Shown in pieces: positions 17,112 through 26,679 of a DNA stretch of 64,000 bases. This DNA is from a virus, in IMG/VR virus record IMGVR_UViG_3300035703_000016, positions 1 to 64,000 of that record, one strand, 5' to 3'. The translations under genes and the position numbers were made by a program. Positions within the stretch are counted from its first letter, which is position 1; every line of letters begins with the position of its first letter. The notes under the pieces were generated by a model. The model had not been told where the DNA came from, did not search any database, and saw nothing but the letters and a program-made list of their open reading frames with translations.

Positions 17112-17756
17112 TTATAGAAAAAATATTCTTATTCCAATTACTTTATCATCTTTTTTATAGATATAACAACTATAACTTCCATCTCCCCAACCACTACTAG
17201 AAACAACTCCTCGACCCATTATTAACCCAGACTGTGTCCATGGTACTTCTTGAAGATTAAAGATTTGAGTTTTTAAATCTTCAATTCTGGATGATAGATA
17301 TAAATCGCCGTCTTTATTTTCTATCATTTTTGATAATCTATTATAGTCGTTCTTTAATTCAAACAAACGTTGTTTAGCATGATATCCATCTCCCAAAGTT
17401 GCATTACAACAAGCTCCATAAAATGAATTCTTATCATCATAATCTCCAATATCATTTTCTTTCGGATATATAGAATCACAGAAGATACCAGCTTGTCCAG
17501 AATCAACTCCAACTATAAAATTTGCTTTAATTCCTTTTCTAATACTAGATTCTTTCATAGTCTCATGAAATACTGTAAGAGATTTAACTCTCTTATCTTC
17601 AGAATATCTAACTACTGCTTTATATTTTCCAGGTAAGACATTATCTATGACTCCCATACACCATACATCTCTAGAATAACATGGATCGGATACTATAACC
17701 TTTTCTCCCAACTCTATCAAATCTTGGAATTCGTGGGAGACTTTTATTGATTTCAT
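17112..17756 (-). CDS. DUF4241-like protein
   Basis: VSDPCY, GVDSGQAGI and SSGWGDGSY motifs. Confidence 0.7.
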   Translation of the reverse strand: MKSIKVSHEFQDLIELGEKVIVSDPCYSRDVWCMGVIDNVLPGKYKAVVRYSEDKRVKSLTVFHETMKESSIRKGIKANFIVGVDSGQAGIFCDSIYPKENDIGDYDDKNSFYGACCNATLGDGYHAKQRLFELKNDYNRLSKMIENKDGDLYLSSRIEDLKTQIFNLQEVPWTQSGLIMGRGVVSSSGWGDGSYSCYIYKKDDKVIGIRIFFL

Positions 17757-17844
17757 AACATTTATTTTTTTAGATTAGATTACATAATTTTATAGCGTAT
17801 TCAATTTTTGCTAAAGGTCACTTTCACATTTGTTATGTCTACCT

Positions 17845-17929
17845 GGCGACTTTCTATTAGGATCCTTATGTCAAGGTCTGCTCTCTAACAGATATCATAG
17901 TCATTTTGAGCGACTGTATTGAAGTCCCC
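17845..17929 (-). ncRNA. Candidate multi-stem RNA directly 3' of the tRNA-like element
   Basis: GGGGACTTC/GAAAGTCGCC closing stem around three hairpins (AGTC/GACT, TCTGTT/AGCAGA, CCTT/AAGG). Confidence 0.4.
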
Positions 17930-17930
17930 G

Positions 17931-18072
17931 TGATCAAGACAGGATTCGAACCTGTATAAAGGAATGACCGTCGTGACGACATACATTATCCATATCGGCG
18001 CAGTGCTATTTATCCTTCCACTTACGCTATTACTCACTTGCGATTACGTTAAACCAATTTCGTCACTTGATC
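17931..18072 (-). ncRNA. Oversized tRNA-like RNA (142 nt)
   Basis: GATCAAG/CTTGATC acceptor stem, TGACGAAATTGGTTTAACGT D-like arm, the same ACAGGTTCGAATCCTGT T arm as 4356..4462, about 90-nt non-tRNA middle. Confidence 0.7.
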
Positions 18073-18311
18073 ATTTTTAATAAGACTGTTGACTTAATAA
18101 TCTTTGTTTTTTCTTGTATTTCTATTAATCTTCTCTTTGGAATATCATAATGAGGATATGGTTTTGATTCATACCAAGATCTTGATATTTTTAAATTTTT
18201 AGCCATTTTATGTAAATTCTCTACAGAATAAGGAATACATATTAAATGTCTAAATATGTCACTAAAATACTGAAGTTCTTCAAACCTCTCATTAGATTTC
18301 ACATACTCCAT
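18063..18311 (-). CDS. DUF4031-like protein
   Basis: LH.MA..L.I.R.WY....HYDI motif; stop codon overlaps the 5' end of the tRNA-like RNA. Confidence 0.6.
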   Translation of the reverse strand: MEYVKSNERFEELQYFSDIFRHLICIPYSVENLHKMAKNLKISRSWYESKPYPHYDIPKRRLIEIQEKTKIIKSTVLLKMIK

Positions 18312-18386
18312 TAGAAAATTTTATTTTAAAAAATAGGTGTTCTATTATCTTTGAACTATTTGGGTGGATGTTTCCTATTTATAAAA

Positions 18387-18767
18387 TTAGTCAATAACTT
18401 TTTCCATTAATCGACTAAATGGATTATAAGAGTTTTGTATCCAAATCTCATAATTTCCTTTTGGAAGATGAAGTGGTTTATGATCTGCCATTGGAAGTTC
18501 TTTTGTAGATTTCCAAGCAATTTCATTATTAAACATACTTGACTCATGTATATGTTGAAGAGTTGCGCCATCACTCCCTACAGCAGCAAAGAATGTTCCG
18601 TCTTCCGACATAAATAAAGCCACGTCCCCAGTCAAACAATGTTGATGTCCAGAATGTTCTCCATAAGCCACCGGACGGTTTGTTACTTGTCTTGCTTCAA
18701 ACGGAATTGATTCAATTTGACGACCTTGTACATCACCTTGGTGAAATTTTATCATTTTTGTTTCCAT
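18387..18767 (-). CDS. Conserved His-rich protein usually paired with DUF6745 proteins
   Basis: FHQGDV, VAYGEHSGHQH, H..H..L.LP.G.YEI..Q..Y.P motifs. Confidence 0.7.
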   Translation of the reverse strand: METKMIKFHQGDVQGRQIESIPFEARQVTNRPVAYGEHSGHQHCLTGDVALFMSEDGTFFAAVGSDGATLQHIHESSMFNNEIAWKSTKELPMADHKPLHLPKGNYEIWIQNSYNPFSRLMEKVID

Positions 18768-18852
18768 TGTATTTTTATTTTTCTTTGTAAATTTAAGAGA
18801 AAAAGTCTATTATAAATATCTAATCTTCTAAGTCCGTGTATTTATTTTATTT

Positions 18853-19179
18853 TTATATCAACTCAGAATTTTGAATACGTCCACGAAGCATGTCAAATGC
18901 TTTATTCATGATTTTTGTATTAAATTCTTTGCCTTTTAGCACATCGTGCACATGAGTCTTAGAATATCCAGTCCTTTGTGAAATACGTGATACGTCTCCA
19001 GACCTTAGTCTTCGATTAGCTATTATACATTTTTGAATGTAAGTGCGAATTTTATATTTCGCTGGTCGATTTGATAAAACTGTGCTCATTTTTTTGAGTT
19101 TTTTTGTTAGATTATAAAAATAAGAAAATAAAATGATTTTGTGAGTTAATTCTTCAAAGTCATCATATTTAATTTCCAT
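18853..19179 (-). CDS. HTH DNA-binding protein (start probably at MSTVL)
   Basis: GDVSRISQRTGYSKTHVHDVLKG is HTH-like. Confidence 0.65.
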   Translation of the reverse strand: MEIKYDDFEELTHKIILFSYFYNLTKKLKKMSTVLSNRPAKYKIRTYIQKCIIANRRLRSGDVSRISQRTGYSKTHVHDVLKGKEFNTKIMNKAFDMLRGRIQNSELI

Positions 19180-19349
19180 TCAATTGGCATACATAATCTA
19201 GAATTTATAATAGATAATAACTTTAAACTTAAATTATTTTTCAATTTTAATTGAATAGATTTTTGTAATTGACATTGTATATCATTATTATAACATATCC
19301 ATATAACTGAAGTTAAATCATTTTTTAATTCTACATTTATTTGTCTCAC
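19146..19349 (-). CDS. Small hypothetical protein
   Basis: ATGA overlap with the upstream gene. Confidence 0.55.
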   Translation of the reverse strand: MRQINVELKNDLTSVIWICYNNDIQCQLQKSIQLKLKNNLSLKLLSIINSRLCMPIEWKLNMMTLKN

Positions 19350-20626
19350 TGATAATCTATTAAATCATTAATATCCTCTGGAGTTTTATTCTTTTGAGGT
19401 TTTACTTCCTCTGCTAAATCTTTTACTCCTAAATTTCTTAAGTGGTCTAAATAAAAATCATCTATTTGATAGAACGATTCTAGGACTTCTGGAGCATCTG
19501 GAGATTCTGGTGCGATAGATTGTATAATTTGTCTATTAGTTCTTGTAAATGAGTCTAGAGATAGCAAGAAAGAGCAATTATAACACAGCCATCTCAAGTT
19601 GTCCTCTGTCCAGTCTGTTCTATCATCATTTTTAAAGTTTAACATTAAAGGCATCTTCAAATCTATCGGTCGTTTTTGAGAAAATCCGCACTCAGCACAA
19701 CAATATCCCAATCTGCCATCTTTCATTAATCTCTTTGACAGTTCATCTACTCTAGCAGGAGTACAATATTGTCCTTTAATTAATTGATAACCTAATTCTA
19801 AAGCTCTTGGATTTACTTTATTCTTTGCTGACTTCATAACTTTAGGAATACCTTTGCCACCACTCGCTGTATGAACACTAAACAAATCTCTTCCAGTTAT
19901 TGGATCGATATAGGATTTAGCATATTTTTTCCAAGTCTTATACGATATTCTTAACCATGATGCTGCTTCCTTATTGCTACGAGTATTTTTCATAGCAGTT
20001 CTAATAACCTCTTCGCTTAGTTGAAGACCTTTGAATTTATGCTCTTCTGCTATTTGATGTCCAGGTTTGAATCTTGCTTTCTCAAACGCCTCTTTTCTTT
20101 TTTTATATTTGTCTATCCATCCAGATTCTTTTTTTATTAAAAACCTCTCATAACTGATCTTTCTCCACTTCTCATAAAGAACTTCATAAATATTCATACC
20201 AGTTTCTTCATCAATAACTAATGATGAATATTTTTTCCAAGCATATGCTGATATTTGAAGATTGTCTGCAGCTTCTTTATTTGAGTGTGATATAGCCGCA
20301 GTTTCTCTAATCTTATGTTCTGGAATATTTAACTTTAAATTTGGAAGATTATTTACTTTTACACCTCTTGGACCAGTGCCTACTTTATTTGCTTTTTCTA
20401 ATAGTCTAGATTTTCTTTGCAGTTCTAATAAAGTTAAACCCGTATCAGCGTCTAAATATTTATTTGCCCAATGTTTAAATCTATGCTCTGATACGTTTAT
20501 AAACTTAGCCGCAAGTCTAATTCTATTTGAATGTTGAATTGCTTTTCTTATGTCTGACTCAGATATAACTAACTGAGCCAATCTATTCATAAAATTTTTT
20601 CTTGGATCATCAAAAAAACCCGTCAT
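19346..20626 (-). CDS. Triple HTH-repeat protein with a C-terminal HNH-like Zn domain
   Basis: Three ~50-aa repeats, then CAECG...NLRWLCYNC. Confidence 0.75.
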   Translation of the reverse strand: MTGFFDDPRKNFMNRLAQLVISESDIRKAIQHSNRIRLAAKFINVSEHRFKHWANKYLDADTGLTLLELQRKSRLLEKANKVGTGPRGVKVNNLPNLKLNIPEHKIRETAAISHSNKEAADNLQISAYAWKKYSSLVIDEETGMNIYEVLYEKWRKISYERFLIKKESGWIDKYKKRKEAFEKARFKPGHQIAEEHKFKGLQLSEEVIRTAMKNTRSNKEAASWLRISYKTWKKYAKSYIDPITGRDLFSVHTASGGKGIPKVMKSAKNKVNPRALELGYQLIKGQYCTPARVDELSKRLMKDGRLGYCCAECGFSQKRPIDLKMPLMLNFKNDDRTDWTEDNLRWLCYNCSFLLSLDSFTRTNRQIIQSIAPESPDAPEVLESFYQIDDFYLDHLRNLGVKDLAEEVKPQKNKTPEDINDLIDYQ

Positions 20627-21030
20627 TATTTTATTTTTGGATTAATTTTAATCATTAAGTCCCATAAATCATGAGGACTTTGCATATTTATTTCTACTCC
20701 TCTGGAATCAACTAAAGACAGCGGTTGTCCGTTTTCATCCATTCTTTCCCAAAGATAAAAGCTAATTAGCTCATAACACTCTTGCCCATAACTTGTAAGA
20801 AATAGATGATCTATTACTTCATAGAATTTTTCATCATATTTAGACATATCTATTTCTATATCGGAATATATAATGTTTGATCTAACTATAGAAGACTCTA
20901 AAATGGTTATTATTCTCACAAAAGAATCTCTTTTATTTTCTGGTCCTTTTAATGATAATTTCTTTTTTATAAAAGATTGTACATTTAAAACAGAATTTAC
21001 AGCAGTTTGTATATTTTTATAGTCTTCCAC
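20626..21030 (-). CDS. Hypothetical phage protein
   Basis: ORF track. Confidence 0.7.
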   Translation of the reverse strand: MEDYKNIQTAVNSVLNVQSFIKKKLSLKGPENKRDSFVRIITILESSIVRSNIIYSDIEIDMSKYDEKFYEVIDHLFLTSYGQECYELISFYLWERMDENGQPLSLVDSRGVEINMQSPHDLWDLMIKINPKIK

Positions 21031-21035
21031 AGTCT

Positions 21036-21365
21036 TTATTTTTTAGAAAATTTTTTTTTAATATCTTGAGATAGAGCTGTTATTTTTATACACGGTTCAT
21101 AGTCTTCTACTTCAGCATACATTCCTATACAAGATTCTAAAGCATTGACCCAATCGTTTCTATGTATTTCTATAAAACAAGATGAGTCATTAATTTCAAA
21201 TAGAGTAGCAAATACACTATTAGATTTATACGCTGATTCTATTATTCCTGGGACTTTCTCTTTAAGCAAAGTCTTAAATGTAGCAGATTTAGCTACTTCA
21301 TCAGATTTTAATTCGTGAACATTATCAAAAATTGCTCTAATAGGAACTTCTTTTTTTGCAGCCAT
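21036..21365 (-). CDS. Hypothetical protein (UVR-like C-terminal helix)
   Basis: ..Y.E.EDYE.C..I motif. Confidence 0.65.
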   Translation of the reverse strand: MAAKKEVPIRAIFDNVHELKSDEVAKSATFKTLLKEKVPGIIESAYKSNSVFATLFEINDSSCFIEIHRNDWVNALESCIGMYAEVEDYEPCIKITALSQDIKKKFSKK

Positions 21366-21369
21366 CTTA

Positions 21370-21690
21370 CTAATTAGATCCTTTTAAAATGTCAATTAAT
21401 ATTTTTGATACAGAAGCCAAAGGAACTAAAAATCCTATTACATTTTCAAAAGGATTTCTATCGTCAAAATCAACCATAATTCCAGCATCTCCAAATCTTT
21501 TCTGCAAAGCAGTTGATATTTTTTGAGTAAGATCTGCTTTTACTTTAGGATCAATTCCTCCATTTTCATCTAAGATAAATTGCATTTTAACACCTCTCTT
21601 AGTTTCATTTGTATTTAAATCAAACTGTAGTCCGAGTTTTTGTCCTGCTATTGTTATTGAAGTTTTTGGTTTTGGTATAGTATTAGCCAT
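21370..21690 (-). CDS. Hypothetical phage protein
   Basis: ORF with an ATATTTAT box upstream (21701-21708). Confidence 0.7.
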   Translation of the reverse strand: MANTIPKPKTSITIAGQKLGLQFDLNTNETKRGVKMQFILDENGGIDPKVKADLTQKISTALQKRFGDAGIMVDFDDRNPFENVIGFLVPLASVSKILIDILKGSN

Positions 21691-21716
21691 GTCTTTTTAT
21701 ATAAATATGTAAAATA

Positions 21717-22286
21717 TTATTCTACTTCTTCTCCTATAATAGAATCTACTATGCCTAATTCTTTTGCTTCAATTGCTCCAAAATACCATTCCTTGGCTTT
21801 TTGTTTTTCTTGTTCTAGTTGTTCTTCAGATAATTTACTATTTTCTATAAGAATAGTGTCATACTTTTTTTCCATTAATTCATACTCTACAAATTCATTT
21901 TTATGAACTCTACCACTACCCTCTACTCCATATACTCCCTCATGATACATAAATCTAGCATTTGGTCCTGAAACTCTATAATGACATACTGCAGCTATTA
22001 CTAAACCCATGCTCATAGCTCTACCTAATATAGTAGCTTGAATTGGTGTGCCTGAATGTTGTATAGCGTCTACTATTGCAAAACCATCATACACATCTCC
22101 TCCAGGGGAATTTAAAATCAATTGAATAAATTCTCTATTTTCAGACTTTACATCATAGTCTTCCATGTTTATTTCGTAGATTGCTCTAATTACTTCATTT
22201 GCACTTTCTGAATTTATTTCTCCCAAAGTTATTACTCTACTTAATTTTTCAATATCTCTATTTTCTTTTTTCATAAATCCATTCAT
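21717..22286 (-). CDS. clpP: ClpP-like protease subunit
   Basis: NSPGGDV.DGFAI.D, G.AMSMG (catalytic Ser), NARFMYH (His), A.EAKELGIVD. Confidence 0.85.
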   Translation of the reverse strand: MNGFMKKENRDIEKLSRVITLGEINSESANEVIRAIYEINMEDYDVKSENREFIQLILNSPGGDVYDGFAIVDAIQHSGTPIQATILGRAMSMGLVIAAVCHYRVSGPNARFMYHEGVYGVEGSGRVHKNEFVEYELMEKKYDTILIENSKLSEEQLEQEKQKAKEWYFGAIEAKELGIVDSIIGEEVE

Positions 22287-22333
22287 TTAATTAAAATATA
22301 AAACAATTAGTATTATCTTCTAATTTTATCTTT

Positions 22334-23104
22334 TTAGTCTATGTACTTTAAATTTGATTCATTGTCATGTTTTATATATGACCCCCATTTATACTTAGCA
22401 TATTGATGAGCATGATTCTCCTCGTATTGTCTATTCTTTCCAGTTGCTATTTGAGCAAAATGATAAAAATGGGATTTATAAGTCCTATTCATACTTAAAT
22501 TAGACAAATTACATTTTAAAAAAAAATCCCAATCAGCTACAACTCCGTTAGTGGGATAATTTTCATCCCATCCGCCAAGTCTTAAAAAGTCAGTTTTATT
22601 TATTAGAAATGGAAGAGTCGATCCGCAATGATAATCTATGTCTTCTTTTTTTATAGAATTTGAATATTCTATAAATTTTTTAAAATTAAACTCTTGAACT
22701 GATTTTCCTAAATCTTTTATATTAAATTGAGAAAACATACTAGGACTAGGCTCTATTTGATTTGGAGATAATACAGAATTATGTTCATAGTCGCAAAGTA
22801 AATCATTATCCCAATTATCAGGAAAAACATTATCATCATTAACAACTAGTATCTTATCAAATCTAGAATTGTACACACCAATATTAATAGCTCTGCATAA
22901 CCCTTGATTCTCTTTTAAGTTTATGATGTCTATCTGAGAATCATATTTCTCTAAAACTTCTCTATTTTCTTCATAAAATCCATCTACGATAACTAATATC
23001 TGATTTTGATTTCGTTGTCCAGAAATAGCTGATTTGATGCAAAGATTTAAATATTCTGGCTCTTTATATGTGGGAATAATTACGCTTATCATATTTTTGT
23101 CCAA
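22334..23104 (-). CDS. Glycosyltransferase family 2
   Basis: ISVIIPTY, VNDD, GGWDE.Y and DWDF motifs. Confidence 0.85.
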   Translation of the reverse strand: MDKNMISVIIPTYKEPEYLNLCIKSAISGQRNQNQILVIVDGFYEENREVLEKYDSQIDIINLKENQGLCRAINIGVYNSRFDKILVVNDDNVFPDNWDNDLLCDYEHNSVLSPNQIEPSPSMFSQFNIKDLGKSVQEFNFKKFIEYSNSIKKEDIDYHCGSTLPFLINKTDFLRLGGWDENYPTNGVVADWDFFLKCNLSNLSMNRTYKSHFYHFAQIATGKNRQYEENHAHQYAKYKWGSYIKHDNESNLKYID

Positions 23105-23784
23105 TCTACTAGTGGAGATAGATATTTTACTTCTGTGTGTGTTGATAGTCCAGGTATTGGAGTTATTAAAGATCTTCCTTTTTCTCTTAATTCTAAAAAT
23201 GATTGAAAATCATTTGGATGAGCTGTATTTAAATGCTTATTCCAAATTTCTAAATCTTGTTTTAAAATTTCTACTGTAGATGCAAATGTCATAGTTGTAG
23301 AATTCGTAAGTTTCCAGTGAGTAGACTCACTTAATATAACTCTTGTTACCTCTCCTCCGTTTTCTATGAAAGGATTATCTCCACCTTCAGAGTGATTCAT
23401 ATATTTATCTGGATGATCATATAAAGAGACATAGTCTGCTAATCGCAATCCCTCTTTTATAATTTTGTCAGAGCCAGGGACATATAAATAATCGTCTTCG
23501 GCAAAGAAAACAAATTCATTATCACTTAAATCTTGAATAGATTTGTGTAAAATATACTTAAAAGATTTAGCATTATTTAAAGATGTCTCTTCTACTCTAT
23601 TTACATTACAAGATTTAATAAATCTCATTAATGCTTGATCAGTAACGTTGTCAGCTATAATAGTAATACTATTTTCTAAATTATTAAATTCTCTTAAGAA
23701 ATTAGAAAGACAATATTCTTTTGTTGCAAACTCTAATCTCTTTTTATTATAAGAGTTGTTACTTATTCTGTAGTATATTTTCAT
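23089..23784 (-). CDS. GT-A fold glycosyltransferase-like protein
   Basis: FFAEDDYL (DxD-like), YVSLYDHPDKY, STTMTFA. Confidence 0.65.
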   Translation of the reverse strand: MKIYYRISNNSYNKKRLEFATKEYCLSNFLREFNNLENSITIIADNVTDQALMRFIKSCNVNRVEETSLNNAKSFKYILHKSIQDLSDNEFVFFAEDDYLYVPGSDKIIKEGLRLADYVSLYDHPDKYMNHSEGGDNPFIENGGEVTRVILSESTHWKLTNSTTMTFASTVEILKQDLEIWNKHLNTAHPNDFQSFLELREKGRSLITPIPGLSTHTEVKYLSPLVDWTKI

Positions 23785-24484
23785 AAAAATTAGAATATTG
23801 TATTAAACTTGGAAATGTTGTTACTTTATATTTATCGAATAATCTATCTGAAATGTATAATTCTGGATTGATATTGAATTTTTCCTCTCCATGAGCTTTA
23901 CATGAAGAGTAATTATTCCACTTTTTATTTACATACTCTAAATTTAAATCTCTAATATTTGGAATAGAATCTCCTCCAGTTTCTGATAAATTATAATCAG
24001 CGCTTATTCCTAAAGTGGATATTGTTACTCCATTTAGTTTACATCTGTATTTATAATCATTGTCTTCTCCAGCTGCAAAAATAATGTTTTCGTCGAACAT
24101 ACCTACTTTATAATAAGTTTCTCTATGTATGCAAAATAAAGAAAATTCAAAAGCTCTATCATAAGTTCCAGCTATATTTATAGGAGAACAATTATTATAT
24201 AGGGCTTCTAAATATTCTTCACTGTATAAATTGTCTTCATTGCTTATAATTACCTTTTCTAGATTAAAAAACTCAAAAGCTAGCTTACATATAAAATTCC
24301 ATCCACCAGCGCATCCTATATTTTGTGGAATTGAATAATATAGATACGGAGTCAGCCTTTCTGAATACGTTTGATTTCCATTATCAATAATTCTTATTTT
24401 TGTATTTTTAAATTTTTCAGGATCAATCCAAGCATCTAAAAATTTAGAAGAACCATATCCTAATATAAACAAATTATAGTTCAT
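23759..24484 (-). CDS. Glycosyltransferase family 2-like protein
   Basis: IIDNG, NIGCAGGWN, VGMFDEN and EDNDY motifs. Confidence 0.75.
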   Translation of the reverse strand: MNYNLFILGYGSSKFLDAWIDPEKFKNTKIRIIDNGNQTYSERLTPYLYYSIPQNIGCAGGWNFICKLAFEFFNLEKVIISNEDNLYSEEYLEALYNNCSPINIAGTYDRAFEFSLFCIHRETYYKVGMFDENIIFAAGEDNDYKYRCKLNGVTISTLGISADYNLSETGGDSIPNIRDLNLEYVNKKWNNYSSCKAHGEEKFNINPELYISDRLFDKYKVTTFPSLIQYSNFYENILQNK

Positions 24485-25424
24485 TTTTTATTATTTTTAT
24501 AATATCATCATCAGAAATAAAAGGATCTAGATTTATATGATTTTTATTAGGAAATAAATTTGCTGGTCCTAAATTAACTTTATCAAATTTCTTCATTATT
24601 CCATTAGGTCCATATAAAGCATGCATAAAGTCTGTGGTTATTATGCACCTAGTTCCGACTCCTGCAGCTAAATTAGTTAATCCCCCCTCTTGTCCTATTA
24701 CTAAATCACAAATTTTTAATATAGAAGCTGTATTAGTATAAGTTGATGTAGAATCTAAAGCAGTATGATATTGAGTTACTCCGTGTTCATACCCTATTGG
24801 AATTAAAATATAATCTTCGTATAAACTATTCACTATTTTATCTATATTTCTAGTGTTTAGTTGAGAATGAGACATTATGTCTTTAATATTTTTTAGTCCT
24901 CCGTTATACTCTTCTTTCGTATATGAAATTGTCAAATTCTTCCAATTTGCGACATATCCAATAACTTTCTTATTGTCTTTATTTAAAAGAGATAATTCAT
25001 ATTTAATTGACTCATCTAATTCTCTATCAGTATAAACTTCATACTGTGGAGTTGAATTTGCTATTCTGCAATGTTGTTGATACCATATTGTAGGTTGAAT
25101 ATCTTGTTTACATTCTGGCAATTCATATACTTGATTATAATTATTTAAATCTACATTATCAGGTAAAATCACTTTAGGTCCTTTCTCTTTGGATAAAAAA
25201 ACGTTATCTATGTATGGATTATTTTTAAGTAATTTATACGGTTGTGGAAATCCTATGCAATAATCAACTATACAATACGGATTTTGAATTTTTAATTTCT
25301 CTGCAATAGAAGAAGCAAATAATATGTCTCCTATAAATCCGTATGTTTTAATTAATACTCTATTTTTCATTATTTCTTTTTTATAGTTACTCCCCATATA
25401 ATATTTGGAGTATAAGAATTGCAA
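24474..25424 (-). CDS. GT9 (heptosyltransferase-like) glycosyltransferase
   Basis: GFIGDIL, LLKNNPYID and CDLVIGQEGGLTNLAAGVG motifs. Confidence 0.7.
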   Translation of the reverse strand: MQFLYSKYYMGSNYKKEIMKNRVLIKTYGFIGDILFASSIAEKLKIQNPYCIVDYCIGFPQPYKLLKNNPYIDNVFLSKEKGPKVILPDNVDLNNYNQVYELPECKQDIQPTIWYQQHCRIANSTPQYEVYTDRELDESIKYELSLLNKDNKKVIGYVANWKNLTISYTKEEYNGGLKNIKDIMSHSQLNTRNIDKIVNSLYEDYILIPIGYEHGVTQYHTALDSTSTYTNTASILKICDLVIGQEGGLTNLAAGVGTRCIITTDFMHALYGPNGIMKKFDKVNLGPANLFPNKNHINLDPFISDDDIIKIIKNEL

Positions 25425-26059
25425 TAATTTTTATAATTCTCTTCAGTATTTATTTCTTCTCCTACTTCATACCATTCATTAAAGTCGAGTGACATATAAA
25501 ATTTTTCATTATCTATTTTATATCCGTTATTTTCGACCTCTCGTCTTATTTTATCTTGTCTTTGTTTATTATAATATCTCAAAAATGGATATCCAGATTC
25601 TTGATAATTCATAAATGGGCCAACTGGAAGAGTAATTATTAATTTAGAATCTTCATTTTTAAGAAGTCTACAAGCTTTTAAGATTCCGTGTATATCATGA
25701 TTCCAAAGTATTATATCTTCTAAAGTAGAATCGATGTCATATGCTTTACCTTCCCAAAACATTCCAAAATGTTCAAATACTGATATTGAAATAATATAAT
25801 CATATTTCAGATCTTCATTAAACTTTATAAAGTCTGTCTTTATATGTTTCCAGTCAGTATTCTGTCTCAACCACGAATTAGGCAATGATTCTAAAATATC
25901 AGTAGTTGTAACATTTTTAAAACCTAAAGCATGTACACTCTCACTTACACCCTCTTCTCCTCCTTTACATTCACCAACAATTAAAACCTCTTTATTTAGA
26001 TCTTCAAGTTGATTTAGAAAATATGGAACTTCTACATTTTTTGTGCCTTTTAATACCAT
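25370..26059 (-). CDS. Class I SAM-dependent methyltransferase-like protein (DUF268-like)
   Basis: YDYIISISVFEHFG...LLK...KLIITLPVG. Confidence 0.7.
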   Translation of the reverse strand: MVLKGTKNVEVPYFLNQLEDLNKEVLIVGECKGGEEGVSESVHALGFKNVTTTDILESLPNSWLRQNTDWKHIKTDFIKFNEDLKYDYIISISVFEHFGMFWEGKAYDIDSTLEDIILWNHDIHGILKACRLLKNEDSKLIITLPVGPFMNYQESGYPFLRYYNKQRQDKIRREVENNGYKIDNEKFYMSLDFNEWYEVGEEINTEENYKNYCNSYTPNIIWGVTIKKK

Positions 26060-26061
26060 AT

Positions 26062-26679
26062 TTACTTTTTACGTTTAAGAATAGTCAACCCATTATTGTT
26101 TGTGAATCTTTCATATAATTCCCAATTCTTATCTTTTTCTTCTAAAAAATTCTGTACTGCTGGCCATAATCCACTTAATCCTGACCTTAAATTTGTCCAC
26201 CTATTTTCTGAAGCTGTTGACTCATCATTATATTCAAAAGAAGTAGTATCATGAATTATAATAAATTTCCTAACTTTATGTGAATGAAGTTCTAACTCTG
26301 ATGTTAATTGATCATAAGTGTGCCAAGTATCTATAAAAAGCAAATCAGTTTCTTCAATTTCAATATCTAATACATTTGCTTTATTAAATTGATATTCTAC
26401 ATTATTATATTTTGCTATATCATATACCTTTTTTATATCTGATCCCCAATAACTTGGATCTTGAATATCATAGCTAATTAATTTTTTAGGAAAACCAGCT
26501 AAAAATGCCCAAGTAGATACAACTCCTCGAACTCCCATTTCTGTTATATGATCGCACATACTTGCATATTTTACTAACGTAAGTATGTGTTCATTTATGT
26601 CTGATGGCTCTTGATATATTCTTTCTATTATTTGTTGTATATTTTCCATTTTTATTTTTTTATCATATAACAACCACAA
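26062..26679 (-). CDS. Class I SAM methyltransferase (Methyltransf_24-like)
   Basis: EMGVRGVVST, DLLFIDTWH and IIIHDT motifs. Confidence 0.75.
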   Translation of the reverse strand: MWLLYDKKIKMENIQQIIERIYQEPSDINEHILTLVKYASMCDHITEMGVRGVVSTWAFLAGFPKKLISYDIQDPSYWGSDIKKVYDIAKYNNVEYQFNKANVLDIEIEETDLLFIDTWHTYDQLTSELELHSHKVRKFIIIHDTTSFEYNDESTASENRWTNLRSGLSGLWPAVQNFLEEKDKNWELYERFTNNNGLTILKRKK

